Shown here: piece by piece, positions 1 to 8,493 of the stretch | Layout of the letters: each line of letters starts with the position of its first letter | Numbering within the stretch: the stretch's first letter is position 1 | Source of the DNA: Bacilli bacterium | Lineage (GTDB): Bacteria; Bacillota_I; Bacilli_A; RFN20; CAG-826 | NCBI GenBank assembly: GCA_045226015.1 | Contig: JBGVBY010000013.1 | Location: forward strand, 28,908-92,907 | Direction of reading: 5' to 3' | Length of the DNA: 64,000 nt | Position numbers and translations under genes: made by a program | Notes under the pieces: model-generated | What the model was told of the DNA's origin: nothing | The model's database searches: none | What the model saw: the letters and a program-made list of their open reading frames with translations, nothing else

Positions 1-476
1 TGTCCAAAGAATTCGATATTTCTTCTTTAGAAGAAGATAAAGATGGATTCGTTGAAGCTGGACGTGCGGTTGTTCATAAAGATTACCGTGATGGAGATGT
101 TGTTACTATCTTATGGAAAGCTTTGTTCTTATACGCGGAAGAATTTAATCTTAGATACATTATCGGTACGGTTTCTCTTCATGGAGTAAGTGACACAGAA
201 GAACGTAGACGTTGCACATCGATGTTAAAAGATAAATTCTTGGACAATAAGTTTAATGTCAAAGCTAAAAAGAATGTCTTTGAATATGGAAATATTGAAG
301 GTGTGTCCATTAACGATCCAAGTGTTCCTTCTTTATTAAAAGGATATCTACTTGTTTTAGGTGGCAAGGTATCTCTTAATGGATATATCGATTATGACTT
401 CAACAGTTCTGATGTTTTTATTGTTGTTGATCTTAAGAGTTTAGACCCTCGAACCAGGAAGTATATTTTGAGATAA
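1..476 (+). CDS. GNAT-family amino-acid N-acyltransferase, OlsB/Acetyltransf_5-like (5' truncated by window edge)
   Basis: Frame is open from position 3: VEAGRAVVHKDYRDGDVVTILWKAL..YIIGTVS and C-terminal PSLLKGYL..G......DYDFNSSDVFIVVD match the OlsB-type pattern GRxxVHxxYRxG...LLW / PxLxKGYL...DxDFNxxD. Confidence 0.65.
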   Translation, partial: SKEFDISSLEEDKDGFVEAGRAVVHKDYRDGDVVTILWKALFLYAEEFNLRYIIGTVSLHGVSDTEERRRCTSMLKDKFLDNKFNVKAKKNVFEYGNIEGVSINDPSVPSLLKGYLLVLGGKVSLNGYIDYDFNSSDVFIVVDLKSLDPRTRKYILR

Positions 477-740
477 CGGATGTTTTATGCAAAAAAAGCA
501 TAAAAGTAATAGTTATCTTTGGATAGAATTAAACAGTGTTAACACTGTTTTTTTGTTGCTTTTTAATGTTTAGTAGATTAGATATCGATGAGCATGCTAA
601 TAATATTCTTAATTCTCATGGATTATGAGAGTCAACTTGTTCCTTTTTGGAACAGTTTAAAATTGCTAAAGCAGTAATAAACCAACCATCGAGAATTCCT
701 TGGTAGTTCAAAGAGAAGTAAGGTCTTGTATTTATGTAAA

Positions 741-768
741 ATAAAACAGTGCATAAGCACTGCTTTTG
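741..768 (-). terminator. Rho-independent terminator, probably the original host tRNA-Gly terminator displaced by integration
   Basis: CAGTGC-ATAA-GCACTG hairpin at 747-762, followed on the minus strand by TTTTATTTT, just beyond the duplicated tRNA 3' end. Confidence 0.7.
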
Positions 769-775
769 CTATCAT

Positions 776-792
776 ATGGAGCAGGTGACGGG
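776..792 (-). repeat. att core (integrase-proximal copy of tRNA-Gly 3' end)
   Basis: ATGGAGCAGGTGACGGG at 776-792 vs ATGGAGCAGGCGACGGG at 47988-48004: 16/17 identical. Confidence 0.9.
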
Positions 793-803
793 TTCTTTGA
801 AGT

Positions 804-913
804 GCATTTTATAGCATTTTATCACATTTCAAATTGACTGGTATATCATATCAAAATGATATATGGTGAAATGACTTTTCACCGCTTTTCACCTAATTTC
901 GACTTTTTTCACT
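804..913. promoter_or_regulatory. Candidate integrase arm-type / Xis binding repeats
   Basis: Tandem short direct repeats between att core and integrase stop: CATTTTAT x2 and CTTTTCACC at 875-883 and 885-893. Confidence 0.35.
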
Positions 914-923
914 TTTTTAGTGC

Positions 924-2069
924 TCACGCTTTTAGTCTTTTAAGACTGCGGTTCTTACGACCACCAAGCACTCCAATCATAGCGGTCTCACGTGAGTTTA
1001 ATACGTGTGAGTATGTATCGAGTGTCATTTGTGTGCTTGAGTGCCCAAGCCTGTTAGATATGACCTTGACATCTTCCATAGTTTCGACAGTCTCAACGAG
1101 CCAACTCGCGTTGGAATGGCGCATACCGTGTGGCGTGATTTTAGGTACACCTGCAAGCGCAGCATACTTGTACATTGCATCACGTATCGCGTGGCGTGAA
1201 GTCGGTTTCTTACCACCGAAAATGAAATCGTCATCGTGCCCGTGCATGATATTTTTTAATTCTAGTAATAACTCTGTAGTCTCTTCTGTAAGTCTATTAT
1301 GGCGAATAGAGGAACAAGTCTTAGGAGTTTCGATAATCCAAGTGCCTTGACCAGTGCCCTCGACCACTTGCTGACAAATGAAGATAGTTTGCTTATCGGC
1401 ATCAAAATGTTTCCACATCAGACCTTGTAGTTCTCCAATACGACATCCAAGTTCTCCAAAGAGGATGAAGAGAGGATACCAAATCTTATCCGTTGGAATC
1501 ACATCAATGAATCGTTCGTATTCTTCACGAGTCCAGACTTCCTTTTCTTTCTTTTGCACGATATTCTCGCGTAAGTGCTTGAGCACAACATCACATATCT
1601 GGTACGTAGGTGCATCCACATATAGGTGTTTATATGCATAAGCAAGCACATCCTTAAAGCGTGTGATAACTTTGTTTTTGCGCTTAACGGAAATAGTGGA
1701 ATCGTTAACAAAACTGTTGTACCAGTCGGTAATCTTATCTTTAACAAAGACATCTTCAATTAACAGTCTTCCAAATCGTGGTAAAAGATACTTGGAATAC
1801 ACACTGGAATCAGCTCTTAAAGTTTGTAGCTTAACAGTCGTGGATCGGTCTTTCTCAACCTCGGCGATCAAATCCCTGAAGAATATCACCTGGCAATGTT
1901 TCGTATGTGCCTTAATCCACTCCTGGATAGCACGCTCAAAATCAGCATCAGCCTCGCGCTTGCTTGCATAACCACGTATAGTCACGGACTTGATTTCGTC
2001 GTTCACTCTGACTTTGGTATGAATATACCAAGTACCTCTTGCCTCATCTTTGTAAATACACCTTCTCAT
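924..2069 (-). CDS. int: Tyrosine recombinase / phage integrase
   Basis: N-terminal arm-binding-like segment (GYASKREA), catalytic motifs GCRIGEL, HGMRHS, LGHSS, TYSH; adjacent to att. Confidence 0.95.
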   Translation of the reverse strand: MRRCIYKDEARGTWYIHTKVRVNDEIKSVTIRGYASKREADADFERAIQEWIKAHTKHCQVIFFRDLIAEVEKDRSTTVKLQTLRADSSVYSKYLLPRFGRLLIEDVFVKDKITDWYNSFVNDSTISVKRKNKVITRFKDVLAYAYKHLYVDAPTYQICDVVLKHLRENIVQKKEKEVWTREEYERFIDVIPTDKIWYPLFILFGELGCRIGELQGLMWKHFDADKQTIFICQQVVEGTGQGTWIIETPKTCSSIRHNRLTEETTELLLELKNIMHGHDDDFIFGGKKPTSRHAIRDAMYKYAALAGVPKITPHGMRHSNASWLVETVETMEDVKVISNRLGHSSTQMTLDTYSHVLNSRETAMIGVLGGRKNRSLKRLKA

Positions 2070-2206
2070 CTTGTAATCCTCCTAAATGTTTGATATAATC
2101 AAAAAGGTTTTGAAAAAAGTTAGTCGTTCTAAATACTTTCCAAAAACCGCTGAGCCAATAAGAATTGCGGTCTTACTGGCTCTCTTTTTTTTACTAGCGC
2201 GGTCAA

Positions 2207-2545
2207 CTAGCGGTCAATGAAGTAGTCTTTAATGAATGTTCTGACACGTTCAAGGTCGGCGTTATCTAATGTTTCACACATTTCAACGATTTCTTTAATA
2301 ATGCCATCGAATGTTGGTTCATATCGCTCCATATCGCAGTCATATCCTATTAACCAAACCTCATTTACTCGAAGATATCGAGCAAGTTTTATGATGGTTT
2401 GTTGTTTCGGGTCGTAATCGCCTTTAAGATAATGTGAGATTTGCGATGGCGATATGCCTGTACGCTCGGTAATGTCGCGAGCACGTACGTTCCTTATATT
2501 CATTATTTCTTTAAGACGTTCAGCGAATGTTGCAACAACTTCCAT
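2207..2545 (-). CDS. cI-like XRE HTH repressor
   Basis: FAERLKEIM..RDITERTGISPSQISHYLKGDYDP..IIKLARYL HTH; start refined to ATG 2545 behind AGGAG; divergent from cro-like gene. Confidence 0.85.
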   Translation of the reverse strand: MEVVATFAERLKEIMNIRNVRARDITERTGISPSQISHYLKGDYDPKQQTIIKLARYLRVNEVWLIGYDCDMERYEPTFDGIIKEIVEMCETLDNADLERVRTFIKDYFIDR

Positions 2546-2610
2546 TATTTTCTCCTTTCTTTTTGACCTGCTCCAATTATATCGCGAAATATCGTAAAAG
2601 CAAAGCAATT

Positions 2611-2686
2611 TTAATCTTTTCACAAAAAAACATTTTACTTTTCACAAAATCGTTATATACTAATAGCAGAGTTGGGAAAACCCAAA
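2611..2686. promoter_or_regulatory. Lysis/lysogeny switch region with operator-like repeats
   Basis: Palindrome TTGGG-AAAA-CCCAA at 2672-2685, near-copy AGTTGGGAAAACTCAAA at 2950-2966, and two TTGTGAAAAG copies on the minus strand (2611-2648); TATACT -10-like box at 2656-2661. Confidence 0.55.
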
Positions 2687-2709
2687 TTATATAATGAAAG
2701 GAGAAGCCG

Positions 2710-2970
2710 ATGAAAACAGAGAAAAAAAGAGCTTCAATGATGTTCGACAATCGTGTTTTGAGAGGTCACATTACTACTTCTTGTGGCTCAATTAAAGAGT
2801 TCGCAAAGCGTTTTGGCATCACAGAACAAGCAATGCAATTAAAAGTTGCGTGCAAGTCACGTTGGACAAGAGAAGATGTTATTAAAGCAGCGTCTATTCT
2901 TGGACTTACTGATGCTTACGAGATTTGGCGTACTTTTTTTTCGGTTGAAAGTTGGGAAAACTCAAAATGA
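2710..2970 (+). CDS. Cro-like HTH protein (DUF739-like)
   Basis: FDNRVLRGHI...SIKEFAKRFGI......K.....WTREDVIKAASILGL......FF pattern; first gene of rightward operon. Confidence 0.7.
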   Translation: MKTEKKRASMMFDNRVLRGHITTSCGSIKEFAKRFGITEQAMQLKVACKSRWTREDVIKAASILGLTDAYEIWRTFFSVESWENSK

Positions 2971-3218
2971 CAATCGAAAGAAGAGAGGAATTATTAACCA
3001 AACCTCACTGGGATTATCACGACATCTCTGAATATCTTGGTTGTGGAGTGACTAAAGCAATCCAAATTAAGAATCAAGCACTCAGGGAATTCGGTGGATC
3101 AATCCGCTACCTCTCTCAATATGTGACAGTTGACTCAGTGATGAATTGTATTGGAACGACACGCGAACGAGAAATCGAAATGATCCGCAAAATCAAAAGC
3201 GATGAAAGCGAGGCATAA
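2967..3218 (+). CDS. Small DNA-binding protein, excisionase-like
   Basis: DISEYLGCGVTKAIQI HTH-like segment; position after cro. Confidence 0.4.
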   Translation: MTIERREELLTKPHWDYHDISEYLGCGVTKAIQIKNQALREFGGSIRYLSQYVTVDSVMNCIGTTREREIEMIRKIKSDESEA

Positions 3219-3905
3219 ATGGACAAAACCACTGGAATAAAAAAGTGTGTAAGTCATGAAGACTGGCTTTCTAAAAGAACAATCGGCGGTAGTGATGCAT
3301 CGGTCATCCTTGATGAAAATCCATACCGCAACAAACAACAACTCTATAGAGAGTTAAAGGGAATTGAGACCTCTAAAGATATCTCTGACAAACCCTATGT
3401 CTTATTTGGCAAACGAGCAGAAGAACATATCCGTGCACTCTTTGCGCTTAAGTACGTAGATGACTACGAGGTTATTGACCCTCCGACACTTGAAAAAGAC
3501 GGATTCATTGAACTCCTCTTCCGAGAAGACAAACCATATTTGACTGCTACACTCGATGGCAGGCTCGTGGATAAGCACTCAGGCAAGAAAGGATTTATTG
3601 AAGTCAAGACCGCTGATGTCATTAAGTCTAGTGCTAAAGAAAAGTGGACTGATGGTGTTCCGGACAATTACTACGACCAAATCACTCACTACTTTGTAGT
3701 TGATAGGTCAGTAGAGTTCTGCATCCTAGTCGCGTTATTAAGTTATCGCACCAAAGACGGAGATGATAGAGCAACATTACGTGCTTACTTATTCACTCGT
3801 GAGTTATGTGAACACGATATTGAGAATCTCGAAAATGCTGAAACGGACTTTTGGGAAAACAACGTTATGAAAGGTGTGGAACCACCTTTAAGAATTGGAA
3901 TATAG
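3219..3905 (+). CDS. YqaJ-like viral recombinase exonuclease
   Basis: WLSKRTIGGSDAS..LDENPY, G...E, ATLDG, IEVKT, YYDQ motifs of lambda-exonuclease family. Confidence 0.9.
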   Translation: MDKTTGIKKCVSHEDWLSKRTIGGSDASVILDENPYRNKQQLYRELKGIETSKDISDKPYVLFGKRAEEHIRALFALKYVDDYEVIDPPTLEKDGFIELLFREDKPYLTATLDGRLVDKHSGKKGFIEVKTADVIKSSAKEKWTDGVPDNYYDQITHYFVVDRSVEFCILVALLSYRTKDGDDRATLRAYLFTRELCEHDIENLENAETDFWENNVMKGVEPPLRIGI

Positions 3906-3915
3906 GAGGACTGCT

Positions 3916-4722
3916 ATGGCAGAAGAAAAACAATTCTTACCAGACATAGTTGATATAAATCAACCTGGTATTAAATTCGAAATTAAAAACTTCGATGAAA
4001 TCAAAACAGCGCTTACTGAATTACTCGCTCAATATAAAGGATTCAAGCTCACTGACAATTACGGTGAAGCTAAAGACTTAAGAGCAAGACTCAATAACGC
4101 TTCCAAAGCATTCAATGCTAAGAAAATCGCGGTTAAGAAAGCGTATATGGAACCATACGAATATGGCGAAGCGCAAATCAAAGAGTTGATCGCGATGATT
4201 GATGAAGTCTCTTCAGAGATTGATGTCCAAATCAAAGAGTACGAAGAGAATATGAAGAAGAAGAAGAAGGAAGATATTGAAGAACTCTTCAAAACCTTCG
4301 ATAACCCAAGACACATTCCTCTTGAAAAACTCTTCAATGACAAGTGGCTAAACGCTGGCACAAGCGCTAAAGCAATCGAAAAGGAAATCACAGCCTTCTT
4401 CGAAAAAGTGGAATCTGATATCTCCAACATCGAAACACTTGTTGCCGATGAAGATAGAAGAGCAATGACTGTCAAACTCTATGTTGAATATCTCGATATG
4501 GGTAAGGCAATCACTGAAGAAAAACGTGTGTATGAACTCACTCATGCACCTAAACCTGAGCCAACTCCTGCTCCTGCACCAGTAGAGGCGGAACCTGCTC
4601 AAGCACCTACGGAAGAGGTTGAAGAATTTTATCTCACAATCCGTGGAACTAAAACTCAATTATTAGGGGTTAGAGACTACCTCAAATCAAAAGGTCTCGA
4701 CTTCAAGTTTGAAAGGAAATAA
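3916..4722 (+). CDS. DUF1351-like coiled-coil phage protein
   Basis: FEIKNFDEIK..AKDLRARLNNASK...KAYMEPY..E..IKE pattern; typical position between yqaJ and recT. Confidence 0.6.
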   Translation: MAEEKQFLPDIVDINQPGIKFEIKNFDEIKTALTELLAQYKGFKLTDNYGEAKDLRARLNNASKAFNAKKIAVKKAYMEPYEYGEAQIKELIAMIDEVSSEIDVQIKEYEENMKKKKKEDIEELFKTFDNPRHIPLEKLFNDKWLNAGTSAKAIEKEITAFFEKVESDISNIETLVADEDRRAMTVKLYVEYLDMGKAITEEKRVYELTHAPKPEPTPAPAPVEAEPAQAPTEEVEEFYLTIRGTKTQLLGVRDYLKSKGLDFKFERK

Positions 4723-4724
4723 AC

Positions 4725-5624
4725 ATGGCACTAACACCTACCACTGGAAACATTAAAGCTCCAGTAAAAGTTAATGGAAAGCAAGAATCCGTGAGCGCCT
4801 ACCTTAATGGCAAAATCGGAAGTGCATTAGTTTCTAATGCTATTAGTGATAAGAACAAAGCATCACGCTTTATCACATCACTCATCACATTATGCAGTAT
4901 GAATCCAGACTTGCAAGAATGCGACCGTGCAACACTTGTAAGCGCTGCGCTCAATGCCGAGACACTCGGATTACCACTCAACAATCAAATGGGATTCGGT
5001 TATGTCTTACCATACAAAGATAAGAAAAATAACCGTACAGTGGCACAATTCCAAGTCGGCTGGAGAGGAATTATCCAATTGATGATTCGTTCCGGTCAAA
5101 TGAAGAAGATCCACGTTATCGAAGTTAGAGAAGGTGAACTCGTTAAATTCAATCCAATTCTCAATGACTTTGAATTCAGTTATCTCTCCAACGAAGAAGA
5201 AAGAGCAAAAGCGCCAGTTATTGGTTATTACTGTTTCTTCGAAACCACAAACGGTTATGTCCAAGAACTCTACTGGACAAGAGAGAAAATGGAACTTCAC
5301 GCGAAGACATACTCTCCTGGCTATGCAAGCGACCTCGCAAAAGGCACTGCATACACATTCTGGTCTAAAGACTTTGATGGAATGGCTAAGAAAACAATGC
5401 TTAAGCAAATCTCCAAGTTTGCTCCAATGTCAGTCGACTTAGTTAGAGCTATCGAATCTGACCAAGCAGTCATTAACGAAGACGGAACTTATGACTACGT
5501 TGACGGAAATGACAATGCTGATGTTCTCAATGTTGATGAGGACGGAGTTGTTGAGGCGAAGGTTGAACCTAAAGTAGAAGAATCTACTAAAGAAGATGAC
5601 CTCGCAGCAGAACTCAATAAATAG
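4725..5624 (+). CDS. recT: RecT/Bet-family single-strand annealing protein
   Basis: LGLPLNNQMGFGYVLPY, AQFQVGWRGIIQL..RSG, W...FDGMAKKTMLK motifs. Confidence 0.9.
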   Translation: MALTPTTGNIKAPVKVNGKQESVSAYLNGKIGSALVSNAISDKNKASRFITSLITLCSMNPDLQECDRATLVSAALNAETLGLPLNNQMGFGYVLPYKDKKNNRTVAQFQVGWRGIIQLMIRSGQMKKIHVIEVREGELVKFNPILNDFEFSYLSNEEERAKAPVIGYYCFFETTNGYVQELYWTREKMELHAKTYSPGYASDLAKGTAYTFWSKDFDGMAKKTMLKQISKFAPMSVDLVRAIESDQAVINEDGTYDYVDGNDNADVLNVDEDGVVEAKVEPKVEESTKEDDLAAELNK

Positions 5625-5746
5625 GTCTCAACAATAAGTGACGTAAGATAGCGCATTTCTTACCCTCCTGTTGCTGAATACATTAGCCAAGTGAGGCGAT
5701 AACACTTGTAAATAAACACCAATGCCATTTGGCGGAAAGGAAAAAT

Positions 5747-6145
5747 ATGGCAAACAGAAGATTATTCTCACGAACAGTTGCTCGCTCTGATGCATTCCTG
5801 GACATGCCTCTAACTACTCAAGCACTCTACTTCCACTTAGGACTAGAAGCTGATGATGACGGATTCTGTTCAGCACCAAAGACAATCGCAAGACTTATCG
5901 GAGCCAATCAAAACGATTACGACTTATTAGTGGCTAAAGGATTCTTAATCCAATTCGATGATGGCGTTGTTGTCATTAAACACTGGTTGATAAATAACAC
6001 CGTTAGAAAAGACCGTTATAAACCAACTGAATATCTCGAACATAAGAAAGACCTCTATGTGAAAGATAACCAAGCATACACACTTGATCCAGAAAAAGGT
6101 CACAAACTCATCGAACAAAATGTAGTTGATGATGACCCATTCTAG
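5747..6145 (+). CDS. Phage replisome organiser, N-terminal domain only
   Basis: MANRRLFSRTV..SDAFLDMPLTTQALYFHLG..ADDDGF..., IKHWLINNTVRKDRYKPT signature. Confidence 0.85.
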   Translation: MANRRLFSRTVARSDAFLDMPLTTQALYFHLGLEADDDGFCSAPKTIARLIGANQNDYDLLVAKGFLIQFDDGVVVIKHWLINNTVRKDRYKPTEYLEHKKDLYVKDNQAYTLDPEKGHKLIEQNVVDDDPF

Positions 6146-6148
6146 TGT

Positions 6149-6240
6149 TGGTTGCCAAATGGTATACCAATGGTTGCCAAATGGTAAACCCAAGTTAAGT
6201 TAAGTAAAGATAAGTTAAGTGAACGTAAGTGAAGTTAAGT
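6149..6240. repeat. Putative phage replication origin (iterons plus AT-rich repeats)
   Basis: 16-bp direct repeat TGGTTGCCAAATGGTA at 6149-6164 and 6171-6186, followed by repeated AAGTT/AAGTG units. Confidence 0.7.
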
Positions 6241-6359
6241 TATCTATAAATAACATAATTATCTAAATATTCATTGTCAGTCAAAATGAAGAACCCGTAC
6301 ATACGTGTATTAGTAGTTCTAGTCATATATAAGTCTGATGATTACATAGAAAGGAAGTT

Positions 6360-6935
6360 ATGGAACTCAAACAAGAATATACATACTTATCCAAAACTGT
6401 CATCGACATCATAAATGGACTGATTAAGGACTTGACTGACTTTGGCGAAGACAAATTCCTTAATTGGTTAATTGAAAAAAATATTGAAAGCAAGAATAAT
6501 CCTTCGGCTTATGTAAGGTCTTGTTTCAAAAAAGAGCTTGAGTCAGGAAGATTCAAAACTGATGAAGAAGAGTTAAGTGATACAGAAAACATATGTCTAT
6601 CAATGCAACCGTTCTATAACGCTATGCATGACATAGGCATTAAAGAGTTAGGTGATTCTACATTCTTTGCAGAAGAAGCCAACCTGTACGTACTCAAGCA
6701 CAAGATTCTCCCGATTGATGAATTAAGGGAATTGAATCACAAAATAGTCCAATACATGAAAGAAATGGACAATCCTCAAGCTGAAGACTACTGCAAATTA
6801 TTCCGTAAGTCTAAAGCACTGAGAGACAAAGTTGACTGGGAAGAAGTTGATCGCCTAGCCGACAAAGACAAAAAAGAATGGGAAGAACTGATGAAGTTCT
6901 TTGAAGAAAGAGAGGTAAACCCTTATGAAGATTGA
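6360..6935 (+). CDS. Hypothetical phage protein (possibly replication-associated)
   Basis: 191-aa ORF with RBS directly after the putative origin. Confidence 0.55.
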   Translation: MELKQEYTYLSKTVIDIINGLIKDLTDFGEDKFLNWLIEKNIESKNNPSAYVRSCFKKELESGRFKTDEEELSDTENICLSMQPFYNAMHDIGIKELGDSTFFAEEANLYVLKHKILPIDELRELNHKIVQYMKEMDNPQAEDYCKLFRKSKALRDKVDWEEVDRLADKDKKEWEELMKFFEEREVNPYED

Positions 6936-7095
6936 AGCAATTATCTTAATTATCGTTGTTGGAGTGTTGTTCATATTAGCACTCACATATTCAATCATCG
7001 TATCCGTTCAAATCCATAACGCGAAGAAACGCGCTGAACAAGAATTAGAACAAATGGACTTCTCACAACCAATCAAAGTCGAAAGAGAAGAATAA
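6925..7095 (+). CDS. Small single-pass membrane protein (56 aa, not in ORF track)
   Basis: MKIEAIILIIVVGVLFILALTYSIIVSVQIHNAKKRAEQELEQMDFSQPIKVEREE; fills gap in operon, preceded by GAGG. Confidence 0.6.
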   Translation: MKIEAIILIIVVGVLFILALTYSIIVSVQIHNAKKRAEQELEQMDFSQPIKVEREE

Positions 7096-7126
7096 CCGCC
7101 GCAATCGGTTGAAAGGAACGACTAAC

Positions 7127-7762
7127 ATGGCAGAAGAAGAAAAGAAAGCCACCGAGGTAGAAGAACAACCTTCTGAACTTACACCTCGTCAGTGGTGGCT
7201 ATACCGCTTAATAAAGGCGTGTAGCGAACAAGACAAAAAGTTATCAATCAAGGAAATTGTTGAATATCAAAGCAGGTACTTTGAAGCCAAGAAGTTAACT
7301 TATAGTGACCTCTACCAATTCAAAGAAACTGAAGGCAATCACTCAAATTGCCCTGCGATATACGATGATGTCCACACAATAAACGAATGTGACCGAATAG
7401 ATAAGATTGTTTGTTTCAAGAATAACCAATTCTATATCGGCACTGAGCGCGAGAACATTGAATATCACAATAAGTTGATGCACAACGTATGCCGCGACTC
7501 ACACAAATGCAAAATCATTAGAGACAAAATCTCTGAAGATGGTCAAATGAAACTCTTTACATACGACCTAGTTGAGGTTGAAAAATCCAAAGGTCGCGAC
7601 TATCACGAGGCATTCATTAAAAACGAATCAATGATTAAAGAAATTGAGAAGCTCGAAAAGATGGTTGAAGACCTTAAACAAAAATTAACGCTCCAAAAGA
7701 ACGAATCCAAAATGTGGAAAGAGCGTTATGAATACCTGAAAGGTGGTGCGAACAATGGCTAA
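7127..7762 (+). CDS. Hypothetical protein, possible N-terminal winged helix and C-terminal coiled coil
   Basis: LTPRQWWLYRLIK...LSIKEIVEY; heptad C-terminus. Confidence 0.5.
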   Translation: MAEEEKKATEVEEQPSELTPRQWWLYRLIKACSEQDKKLSIKEIVEYQSRYFEAKKLTYSDLYQFKETEGNHSNCPAIYDDVHTINECDRIDKIVCFKNNQFYIGTERENIEYHNKLMHNVCRDSHKCKIIRDKISEDGQMKLFTYDLVEVEKSKGRDYHEAFIKNESMIKEIEKLEKMVEDLKQKLTLQKNESKMWKERYEYLKGGANNG

Positions 7763-7928
7763 TTTCAAATCAAATGACCGAGTTCTTGTCACCTTAATAG
7801 ATAAAGACGGAAAAGTTATTGAGAAACGACTTGTCAAAATGTCAATGATCAAGGTTGCATCATTATTCGATATCAAAAGCAACTTAGATCACGGAGACAA
7901 AATCATAGTGGAAAGCGAGGAACTATAA
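7755..7928 (+). CDS. Small hypothetical phage protein
   Basis: Operonic ORF with AGGTGG RBS. Confidence 0.5.
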   Translation: MANFKSNDRVLVTLIDKDGKVIEKRLVKMSMIKVASLFDIKSNLDHGDKIIVESEEL

Positions 7929-7929
7929 A

Positions 7930-8493
7930 ATGGCTGAAATCAAATTAGACCTGAATATGGATCCAGTTGAAAGACTGACAAAAGAAATTGAAGTTGAAAC
8001 TGATTCCATCTCAATTAGAATCGGACAATTCTTACTTGAAAAGTTCGCGTCTGATGAATCACTCAAGAACGCATACCTAGAGCGCAAAGTCACGCTTGCT
8101 GATGTAAGCAAGTATGTGTACACAAGAGCAGAAGATAAAGCTAAAGATTCCTCTAACTCAAGTGCTATTGCAATTAGCGATGAAGAAGTATTCGGATGGG
8201 TTATCCACTTTGTACAAGACGGTGAAGATAAAGATGTTGAAGCACTTAGAACTGGTGCTAACTCAATTACCTTAACCAAAGAAGAAGAGGCTGACCTTAG
8301 AGCAAAGGCTATGGAAGAGTTCAAACAAAAAGAACTAGAACGTCTTGAAGAAGAAAGACTCGCTAAAGAGAGAGCTGAAAAAGAAGCTGCTGAAAAAGCG
8401 GAGAAGGCTCGACTTAAAAAAATCGAAGAAGAGGAACGTAAGAGAAAGGAGAGCGGACAAATCAGTTTGTTCGACGACTTCAATGAAGAGTAA
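7930..8493 (+). CDS. PcfK-like / AcrIIA9-related family protein
   Basis: FLLEKFASDESLKNAY..KVTLADVSKYV..AIAISDEEVFGWVIHF and C-terminal GQISLFD; upstream of PcfJ-like gene. Confidence 0.6.
   Translation: MAEIKLDLNMDPVERLTKEIEVETDSISIRIGQFLLEKFASDESLKNAYLERKVTLADVSKYVYTRAEDKAKDSSNSSAIAISDEEVFGWVIHFVQDGEDKDVEALRTGANSITLTKEEEADLRAKAMEEFKQKELERLEEERLAKERAEKEAAEKAEKARLKKIEEEERKRKESGQISLFDDFNEE

Noticed and set aside
856-1350. Antisense ORFs in the track (e.g. 856-1350, 4059-4475, 7923-8483, 19335-19826, 61027-61476)
   Set aside because: Shadow frames opposite well-supported genes; no RBS or family motifs
2193-2217. Short tandem duplication CTAGCG(C)GGTCAA at the repressor stop
   Set aside because: Only two ~12-bp units; most simply a local duplication, no evidence of function
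5500-5668. Antisense ORF with AGGAGGG RBS opposite recT 3' end
   Set aside because: Ser-rich shadow of an acidic recT tail; no independent support
6143-6230. Stop-codon recoding / alternative genetic code
   Set aside because: The interrupting stops are of three types (TAG, TAA, TGA), and all other long ORFs are open under the standard code with TGA used as a stop
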